Shown here: piece after piece, positions 54,515 through 64,000 of the stretch
How positions within the stretch are numbered: the first letter of the stretch is position 1
How the letters are laid out: each line of letters starts with the position of its first letter
Assembly (NCBI GenBank): GCA_010909165.1
Contig: MU008186.1
Span: 682,001-746,000, forward strand
Direction of reading: 5' to 3'
DNA: 64,000 nt
DNA from: Anthoceros angustus
Taxonomy: Eukaryota > Plantae > Anthocerotophyta
Notes under the pieces: generated by a model
What the model was told of the DNA's origin: nothing
Seen by the model: only the letters and a program-made list of their open reading frames with translations
The model's database searches: none
Position numbers and translations under genes: made by a program

Positions 54515-57046
54515 TCAGGTATAATCTTCCGTCTGATTTAAGCGGTCATCTTCGCTCAGCTGCATTTCGATGACTTGGTTAACATGGTTGATGCCCCAGC
54601 CTTTGCCTCCCAAATCTTGGCAACGTTGATGATGTTGCGAATCTCCCGGCCGTGGAACGGATGGCATAAGCTTCAAGAAGTCGATGTTGCCGTCCTGCAA
54701 CCCTACCTTGTTCAACATTTGCCTCCAGATCTCAGCACGCTGTTGTTGATCTAGGGAGGGTAGTATATGGACAGGGAGATGCGGGAGCGGAAGGCAGCGT
54801 CGAAGCACTTGGCTCTGTTGGTGGTGAGGAACATGATGCCTGAGTAGTACTCGAGCTGGCGGAGGAAGATGCCGGTGGAAGCATTTGTGTGCGGAGAAGA
54901 GGCGGACGATCTCTTTCCATGTAGACATCGGCTTCGTCCAAGAGGAGGATTGCTTGCCAGGTGTAGGACAACTCAAAGATTGTGAGAAGTCGTGCCTCCA
55001 TGGCGCTCGAGTCTGTGCTCGGCAGCTCGAAGGCGTTCACGGAGTAGAGCGGCCTTTGCAATCTCTCCGCAAGCGACTCTGCTGTTAGGGTTTTGCCTCC
55101 CCTGGAGGCCATAGCACAAGATGATGCAACCGCTGCCCTTGTTGGCGATGTTGTCCACCTGCTGTACGCTCTGGTTGCTCGTGCAATTGGTGGCCATCTT
55201 GAGGAGCATGTCCTTCTTCCGCCTGTGAACAGAGATGAGCCTTTATAGAGAGGGAACACAACACTCCCATACAATATGGGTTATATGCACTAGGCACACT
55301 AGATACTAGCACACAAGCACACAAGACACTTGCACACCACACCTTACAAGTAGGTGGGCTTGGCCTTATATAGTCCTAGCCTTGAATCCTATTGGTCACT
55401 TGACCTTGAATCCTATTGGTTACTTGACTTGCCCTTTACTTTTGGACTTTCTAGAAGATACTTTCTAGAAGATGCATGACTTTCAAGTTTGTTATTTTAG
55501 GGCACACTTCATAACCTGCTTTTAGGGCACTCTTCATAATATATTTTGATATGTTGTAATAAATCACTTCTAACACTCCCACTCAACTAACACTCCCACT
55601 CAACATATCAAAATTATTCCCTTAGGCCTAGCATCTTGCTAAACCTAGCAAGAAAATCAAGGCTTTGGTCAAAATATCTGCCGGCATGTCTCCTGTTGGA
55701 CAATACTCTAGCTTTACCTCTTTTGACTTTACCTTCTCTCTTATAAAGTGATGTTTCACTTCGATGTGCTTGGTTCTAACATGAAAAGTTGCATTCTTGG
55801 CTAAGAAGATGCAACCTTGATTGTCGTTGAAGGGCTTGTGGGAGAAGACGATGTCGGAGAATCCGCACACATCAAAGCATCCCCACAGCTTGCGGGAGAG
55901 GGAGAACCCGTAGACGAAGGCTGGGGACTTCTTGAGGTCCTCACTGTGGGGCCTTGGAACCTTGGGACATGTGGCGGCTCCTCGTAGCAGATCGCAGGGA
56001 GGCTCCGCGTTGCCCATGGGGTATCCAGGATTCATCCTGGCGAAGCTCTTGAGATCAACCATCACCCGGCCATCTCCCGGGTGTTTTTGTATCATCCAGC
56101 AGCTTCCTTTCCTCCTCGCGGTGGCTACTGAGCCCTTGTATTCCATGTAAGCTGGCTGGCCTGCTTCTTCCAACATAAGCTTGTAGAACATCAGTCCTTG
56201 GCTCAGAAATCTGTCTTCCCTCTGCTTCCTGTCGGTGTCGTGGAGATACTTCAAAGGAACAACTTCCAATGATGAGAACGGCTGCTTGTCGGTGTACTCC
56301 ATAATACTGCTGGTCACCGTGCATTCCTTGTAGCTTTGCAGGTCGAAGTCCCTGACACCAATAGTGATCCGCCAGAACTTGGGGCTTGGCCCCGCCCTTC
56401 TGCTTCACCTTCAAGATGGTACCGGAAACAAGCTGAGTTGTTAGCTGGCACTTGTAAGATACCACCTCACCGGGCACAAGTACAGTCCACAGGATGTCCC
56501 AGTCAATGCTCTTCTGCTCCAGTGCCTGCTGCTGTTTAAACAGAGTGTTCTTATACTCCTCTTCACGAACCTAACAAGGTGACGGAGATGGAGGTGGCGC
56601 TTCCCGTTGCAGCTCTCAAGGACCGCTCCATTTCATCCCGAGCAAGAAAAGAGTTCAGCCATTGATCTCCGGCTCGTCATCAGTATCTGCTGCAGTGCCT
56701 GGAATGAGCGTGTTCACAATCTCGATTAGCCAGGAAGAGTACAGAGTGACACGGACGCGCATATCGCCGTCCCCATGATCTTCCTGAGTCACAATGAAGG
56801 GTGGTGTTCTCCTGATTTTCTCCTTGTGCTCCACAACCCGTTTCCGGACCTTTCTGCCGTTCCGCATCAGTGTCTCGTAGCGTGGCCATTTCCAGTCCGG
56901 CGCTTCCAGCTCCGACTCCTGGTCCGGATGCTCAGCGTCATTGGCACCCGCGTTCAGCTTCTCTAGGTCATCTGCGTAGTCGTCGTCGTCGTCGTCGTCG
57001 TGCATTCGCTGCACCATCTTGCCACTTCGCGGACACATTGCGACAT
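54515..57046 (-). pseudogene. AAA-L2, interrupted by a Copia 3' fragment
   Basis: Carries the AAA-L1-specific residues (RKGSCWMIQKHP, 7x Asp); insertion at 55222-55822; several frameshifts. Confidence 0.85.
55222..55822 (-). mobile_element. Copia 3' fragment: RNase H C-terminus, duplicated PPT, partial LTR (55575-55222)
   Basis: DNQGCI..FHVRTKHIEVKHHFIRE..DILTKAL; ttgagtgggag-TGTTAG twice; no TSD. Confidence 0.88.
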
Positions 57047-58552
57047 CGCGTCTGCTGCTTGTGCGAGGGATGCTGCTCAAGCCACATGTACGACACCACA
57101 AGAGACACCTAGGTGAGATTACTTCAATTTGGTCACTACGGTTGTCACAGCACTCGTAGAAGACGTGGTGCAGTGCCCTGGATGTCAAGCAATACTAGTT
57201 GTCATCATCGGAACGTGTGAAATGTGCACCTTGAGCTTCGGTTTGTATGATATCTGGTGTTTCGGAGTTGATCCTTCTGTCCCTCTGAAATAAAGCAAAC
57301 GCTTGCTCAAAACCATCTAGGTCATGTGGCAGGGCACCAAAACCAGATACAAGAATGTTACCACCAACCTGGCTTCTTGAGCTACTTTCTCGGCCCCAAG
57401 AGATGTTCTTCAGTAGCTCAAAGGGAGAAGGCCAAACTTGCGTATCGTGCCTGCAACCCGTATCAGTACTTGGCACGGCGAATTTGTACTTTGAGACCTC
57501 CTTCTGTCACACATGAATTGTTTTTGACGAATCAATTGCAAGGTGAAAGCTGGAGATGGAGACATCTGTATTCATCACCTGATTTAACCAACCTTGTGAG
57601 ATGGCGTTGTCCAAGTTGAAAGAGCCCCATGTTGTGAGCCACACGCTTGCCACCACCAGTGCTTGGAAGTCCCTTGAAAACGTAAGCTGATACAGCAGGA
57701 GCACAATGGATCCAATAACAGCATCCGACAGTGATGGCCAGTCCAGAGGTGTAACGTTTTCTGTCACAATGTAGTAGACTTGTAAGCAAGTTTGAATTCC
57801 AAAATTGTCACGCAACTAGTTGCAACTAAACCCTAAAGCCGCAAACCTACTTTGCTTCCATTTCAGAAGCATGGTCCTAGAAGTTGGCAAAACATTTTAC
57901 CGATGTTCCTCAAAAGTTGCTCGAGTCCGGAAAATTGTTGGTTCCTTCACTTCGCCAATAGGCACGGTTTTCGTAGCGTATATCCATATGTCGACTGCTG
58001 TATCCGCGAGGTCAGAGGTAGCCTTGCCACTCCCGCTCCACGCCTGGCACAATCTATAAATGCAGCCCAAACGCATGCTCATGATCTGGAAAGAGACTCT
58101 GTGGGCTTACAAAATACACAGTGGTCAACATTATTATGAATAATAACAGTAAAGGCACCTCATCCTCGTCCCATGTCACATCTAACACTTTCGTTCAGCT
58201 GTTGCCGCATATACACAGACTGGCCCCTCACCTTTGAGATGCAATCCATAAACACTTATCTTGTCTACAAGTGAAATGCAAACACGAGTTCGTTTACAGG
58301 GAAAAAGTTTCACATTCGGCCGCAAGTAAAAGCAATAAACACAGAAACAAGCGAAAACAGTTTTCAACGCTACGGCAACGAATATTACCAGAGGTAATAC
58401 GAGTGCACATCACAAGGTGGGAAGATCCTCCTCCATGAAACGCTCTAGTCGATTTGTACCTGGAAACTCATCATATTAGTTGAGCTCGCATTGCGGCATC
58501 TGTGATACGACCTACACGATAAACAATCTCGCCTTCTCTCCCATCCCATATA

Positions 58553-60319
58553 CTAAACGAAATTGAAGGTGTACGACGATTTCATACCTTGGTCCCAAAC
58601 CCCAGTGCCCTAGCTGAATTGTGCAACTCTCAGACAAGTTGAAGGCAGCCAGCTTTTGAATTGAGAAGAGATGTATTCTCCTCCATTGTCACTCCTAAGT
58701 GTCTTGAGGCATTCTCCACTTTCGTTCTCCACCAAGGCTTTCCACTCCTTGAATGTCTTGAACACTTGGACTTCTCCTTCAAAAGGTATGTCCAACTCCT
58801 CCTTGTGAAGTCATCCACAAACACTAGAATGTAGCGGGCTCCTCCATGGGTAGGGTTCTTCATTGGTCCACACACAGGTGTGTACAAGTTCAACGCCTTT
58901 GCTGCTCGGCGCTCAATCCTTGGGAACTTGGTTGGTGAAGCTTTCCCATCATGCACCCTTGGCACAACTCTCACCAATATCAATCCACCATTTGTTGATT
59001 CTTCATCATCTTGATGTTGTCCACTCCAGTGTGCCCCAAGCGTTGATGCCACAAATCTATTGAGTGCTCTTAGTGAGCTTGACACAAATGTGCAAGCTTG
59101 TTGATCACCTGGAAGCACACAACTTGAGATTGCCTTCCGAACACCTCGAGCTATCACCTTGACATTAGGTGATTACGGTTGCTCGGGTTGGATCGACATC
59201 CTCGAGTTGAACACAATCTCATTCCAGTCGTGATTCTTGCTCGAAAGAAGATTCTTCGCAAGACCAGCACATGGTGTACATCCTTGATTGTACCTTTGGA
59301 TGGTCCTCCGAGTTGAACTTTAATCACACCTCTTCCTTTGATCTCGTGTGACCTATTGTCTCCAAGCGCCACTTTATGCCCTTGACATTTCTTCATAGCT
59401 TGAGAACCAAGGCCGGTTGTAGGTGAAGTGTTGAGATGCTCAGTCGGTACAAACTCTCATCCTTCTTTGATGGGAGGCACGTACTCTTTTCTGTTGAGGC
59501 ATGAAAAGATGTTCTTCCTTCCTCACTTGATTGGCTTGTGACTCCTTTCCCTTCTTCAAACGAAATGCTGGTTGGAAAATGTGGGATCCGAAATTTCAAT
59601 TGCCTGCTCGTTAGGCATGGCGCTCCTCACACGTTGCAGCTCAGGTGTCGAGAGATCTTTATCAATTACCACAAGAATTTCGATGTCCGTGGTGCTCTTC
59701 TTTGACACACCATTTTCAGCCGCCCCACTTCCGTACTCTCGCTATCCGCAATCGAAAGGGAGATCGGCAGGAGTACGCTTCCCGATCCGACACTCATCCT
59801 CCAACTCCTCAGGCTTTGGACATGTTCGCTTTCGAAATCCATTCCCAACAGATCCACAGTGAAGAGCAGCTCCACTATCGGCCTCCGCCTTTGACTTCTT
59901 CACCTCCTCGTTGATCACGTGCCGTTGAGGAAAACGATGGGCAACATCCGTAGAAGTTCCTATTGAGTTCCCCCCTTCGCCCCTTTCGTTTCACCAAAAG
60001 ACGGACAATCTCCCGTAGAAGTTCCTATTGAGTTCCCCTCCGCCCCTTTCGTTTCACCAAAAGACGGACAATCTCCCGTACAAGTTCCCTATTGAGTTCC
60101 CGTTCCTCCGCCCGTTTCGAGCAGCGGCGCCGACCAAACAACCAGTGCTACCAAAGAAGACGATGCGAGGTTCAAAAGGATCTGGCCAATCCAATGGGCC
60201 GTTAAAGTTGTTCACCGCCTCATACAGTGGTTTCTTGTTCACTGCTGTCTCGGTCTCCATCGATGGACTCTCCTCGAGTACCCGTGACGTCTTCCCATCG
60301 CCACACCCACAGCTGCCAT
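58553..60319 (-). pseudogene. Disrupted second copy of the 306-aa orphan ORF
   Basis: Colinear with 49193-50113; frameshifts plus an 888-bp Copia insertion. Confidence 0.7.
58661..59548 (-). mobile_element. Internal Copia fragment (protease to integrase core), degenerate
   Basis: D*ASQHFT..WFSSYEE..LGDNRSHEIKGRG; YILVFVDDFTRRSW; CLKTLRSDNGGEY; no LTR and no TSD. Confidence 0.85.
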
Positions 60320-62899
60320 CTATCCAGGGTGCCTGCACCCTCTCCTGTTGCAATGTCTTGGGCCCTCGCAGGTTTCAACTTCAGCCGATTCAAGATGGCA
60401 CGTGTTGTCAACCAGAAGTGCGCACACAGGCTGGAGTGTAACACCCTTCTTGACGGTGAAGCTACGCTATGGGGGCATTTTCCTCGACTTTTCTTCTTCA
60501 TTGACGCCGCCCACATTGCGAAAAACTAATTCAATAATCGGTTGTGTCAGAGACTTCTACCTTGAATGGGCTAGGCCTAAATATCGGTTCGCCAGGGTAC
60601 GGCCTGGCGAACCATTTCCATGCCATGAGCATGGCCTTCCTCTCCTGCCCCTCTCTCGTATCCGTTGCAGCGCGACCGGGCCACGGGGCGAGGGAACTAA
60701 TTCAAGTTCCCGTCGTCCTGAATACCGCGGCGATATTCTGGCACGATACAAAGTCGAACTCATTGGCACGCACAGTCATTGAAAGAAAATTTCCCTCCAC
60801 CAGGACTCTGAACTGCAAAAGGACAATGCGCTGCAACATCATCTATCCGCTCCCTCACTGGAGCACGTGCATCCTCCCCAGCCTTCGGTCTTTCAACTCT
60901 TACCGCGTGCCCTGCTTTGAGCAGAGCGCTCTCTCCGCTCTCGTTCTCAACTGAAACGAACGAAGGGCGAGCAGTATCGCCGCGGGAATTGCCACGACAA
61001 TCAGGGCGACGGGAACTTGAATTAGTTTCCCGTCGCTCCCGGTGGCTCGGTCGCGGGTTGGCACGGATAAGAGAGAGAGGAGTAGGGGAGAGGAAGGCCA
61101 TGCTCATGGCATGGCATGTCGGTTCGCCAGGCCGTACCCTGGCGAACCGATATTTAGGCGTTTCGACTTGAATGACCCCCGCGGATACCCGCGCCGAATC
61201 TGACAACGTTGTCACTAGGCCCACCACTGTAAACTACAACGCGCATCAACGGGCATGGAGATATCTTGTGTAGAAGATACAAGATCTTGTGTACAAGATC
61301 TTGCGTAGAAGATACAAGATCTTGTACACAAGATTGTTTATCGTGTAGGTCGTATCACAGATGCCGCAATGCGAGCTCAACTAATATGATGAGTTTCCAG
61401 GTACAAATCGACTAGAGCGTTTCATGGAGGAGGATCTTCCCACTCTTGTGATGTGCACTCGTATTACCTCTGGTAATATTCGTTAAGCCGTAGCGTTGAA
61501 AACTGTTTTCGCTTGTTTCTGTGTTTATTGCTTTTACTTGCGGCCGAATGTGAAACTTTTTCCCTGTAAACGAACTCGTGTTTGCATTTCACTTGTAGAC
61601 AAGATAAGTGTTTATGGATTGCATCTCAAAGTTGAGGGCCAGTCCGTATATATGCAGCAACAGCTGAACGAAAGCATGCGTTAGATGTGACATGGGACGA
61701 GGATGAGGTGCCTTTAGTGTTATTATTCATAATAATGTTGACCACTGTGTATTTTGTAAGCCCACAGAGTCTCTTTCCAGATCATGAGCATGCGTTTGGG
61801 CTGCATTTATAGATTGTGCCAGGCGTGGAGCGGGGAGTGGCAAGGCTACCCTCTGACCTCGCGGATACAGCAGTCGACATATGGATATACGCTACGAAAA
61901 CCGTGCCTATTGGCGAAGTGAGGGAACCAACAATTTTCCGGACTCCGGCAATCCTTTTGAGGAACATCGGTAAAATGTTTTGCCAACTTCTAGGACCATG
62001 CTTCTGAAATGGAAGCAAAGTAGGTTTGCGGCTTTAGGCACCTTGGGCGGGGTTTTGTTAGGATATGGTGGTGGAGGCCTTTAGGGTTTAGTTGCAACTA
62101 GTTGCGTGACAATTTAGATGATCCCTCGGATGAAATTCAAACTTGCTTACAAGTCTACTACATTGTGACAGAAAACGTTACACCTCTGGACTGGCCATCA
62201 CTGTCGGATGCTGTTATTGGATCCATTGTGCTCCTGCTGTATCAGCACTGTATCAGCTTACGTTTTCAAGGGACTGCTCCAAGCACTGGTGGTGGCAAGC
62301 GTGTGGCTCACAACATGGGGCTCTTTCAACTTGGACAACGCCATCTCACAAGGTTGGTTAAATCAGGTGATGAATACAGATGTCTCCATCTCCAGCTTTC
62401 ACCTTGCAATTGATTCGTCAAAAACAATTCATGTGTGACAGAAGGAGGTCTCAAAGTACAAATTCATACGTGCCAAGTACTGATACGGGTTGCAGGCACG
62501 ATACGCAAGTTTGGCCTTCTCCTTTGAGCTACTGAAGAACATCTCTTGGGGCCGAGAAAGTAGCTCAAGAAGCCAGGTTGGTGGTAACATTCTTGTATCT
62601 GGTTTTGGTGCCCTGCTGCTACGATCTAGATGGTTTTGAGCAAGCGTTTGCTTTATTTCAGAGGGACAGAAGGATCAACTCCGAAACATCAGATATCATA
62701 CAAACCGAAGCTCAAGGTGCACATTTCACACGTTCCGATGATGACAACTAGTATTGCTTGACATCCAGGGCACTGCACCACGTCTTCTACGAGTGCTGTG
62801 ACAACCGTAGTGACCAAATTGAAGTAATCTCACCTAGGTGTCTCTTGTGGTGTCGTACATGTGGCTTGAGCAGCATCCCTTGCACAAGCAGCAGACGCG

Positions 62900-64000
62900 A
62901 TGTCGCAATGTGTCCGCGAAGTAAGCAAGATGGTGCAGCGAATGCACAACGACGACGACTACGCAGATGACCAAGAGAAGCTGAACGCGGGTGCCAATGA
63001 CGCTGAGCAGCCGGACCAGGAGTCGGCGCTGGAAGCGCCGGACTGGAAATGGCCACGCTACGAGACACTGGTGCGGAACGGCAGAAAGGTCCGGAAACGG
63101 GTTGTGGAGCACAAGGAGAAATCAGGAGAACACCACCCTTCATTGTGACTCAGGAAGATCATGGGGACGGCGATATGCGCGTCCTTGTCACTCTGTACTC
63201 TTCCTGGCTAATCGAGATTGTGAAGACGCTCATTCCAAGCACTCTTTTTCTTGCTCGGATGAAATGGAGCGGTGCTTGAGAGCTGCAACGGGAAGCGCCA
63301 CCTCCATCTCCGTCACCTTGTTAGGTGCGTGAAAGAGGAGTATAAGAACACTCTGTTTAAACATCAGCAGGCACTGGAGCAGAAGAGCATTGACTGGGAC
63401 ATGCTGTGGACTGTACTTGTGCCCGGTGAGGTGGCATCTTACAAGTGTTACCTAACAACTCAGCTTGTTTCCGGTACCATCTTGCGGGTGAAGCAGAAGG
63501 GCGGGGACCAAGGCTCCAAGCTCTGGAAGATCACTATTGGTGTCAGGGACTATGACCTGCAAAGCTACAAGGAATGCACGGTGATCAGAAGTATTATGGA
63601 GTACACCGACAAGCAGCCGTTCTCATCATTGGAAGTTGTTCCTTTGAAGTACCTCCACGACACCGACAGGAAGCAGAGGAAGACAGATTTCTGAGGCAAG
63701 GACAGATGTTCTACAAGCTTATGTTGGAAGAAGCAGGCCAGCCAGTCTACATGGAATACAAGGGCTCAGTAGCCACCGCGAGGAGAAGGAGACCGCTGGA
63801 TCATCTAAAAACACCTGGGAGATGGCCGGGTGATGGTTGATCTCAAGAGCTTCGCCAGGATGAATCCTGGATACCCATGGGCAACGCGGAGCCTCCCAGC
63901 GATCTGCTACGAGGAACCGCCACATGTGCCAAGGTTCCAAGGCCCCACAGTGAGCACCTCAAGAAGTCCCCAGCCTTCGTCTACGGGTTCTCCCTCTCCC
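62900..64000 (+). pseudogene. AAA-R2 (partial, frameshifted in this consensus, runs off the window)
   Basis: Carries the AAA-R1-specific features (HNDDDY, 14-aa deletion, QGQMFY). Confidence 0.85.

Larger units (their letters stand above)
54364..64000. repeat. Second tandem copy of the 8.8-kb unit 45557-54363 (runs off the window)
   Basis: Restarts with CYP-4 exon 4 (ggatcgtcaattgc), then AAA(-), upstream arm, orphan ORF, MITE (60569-61166), inverted arm from 61331, AAA(+). Carries many extra 1-bp indels. Confidence 0.92.

Noticed and set aside
45709-64000. Fungal or bacterial contamination, or a pure fold-back read artefact, as the explanation for the AAA block
   Set aside because: It is contiguous with intron-containing plant P450 sequence and hit by plant-type Copia/MITE insertions, and the arm-specific differences recur in both units. 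Junction read support is still needed.

Overview
Eukaryotic nuclear DNA from a land plant, probably a non-seed plant (inference from short GT-AG introns, CYP71-clan P450s with four introns, and moss/lycophyte-like Gypsy RT motifs). The consensus is noisy: most frameshifts in otherwise conserved genes are 1-bp deletions in homopolymers. 1-16.2 kb: a non-chromovirus Ty3/Gypsy element with ~4.9-kb LTRs that carry an accessory ORF, nested in a chromovirus remnant (16.2-17.0 kb). 17.2-23.7 kb: a Ty1/Copia element whose gag/leader is duplicated around a perfect 10 x 95-bp array. 24.5-45.7 kb: a P450 cluster (three tandem full-length genes, three remnant or truncated copies) interspersed with a solo-LTR fragment, a tRNA-Pro pseudogene split at the anticodon by a tiny retroposon, a tRNA-Gly-like sequence, an intronless eIF5A-like ORF lacking the hypusine loop, and a truncated Copia. 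45.7-64 kb: two head-to-head intronless AAA+ ATPase genes of a family typical of filamentous fungi form 3.3-kb inverted arms around an orphan membrane-protein ORF and a MITE. This block abuts a truncated P450 exon, and the 8.8-kb unit is then tandemly repeated with two Copia-derived filler insertions. The leading candidates for something new are the fungal-type AAA fold-back module and the hypusine-less eIF5A paralog.
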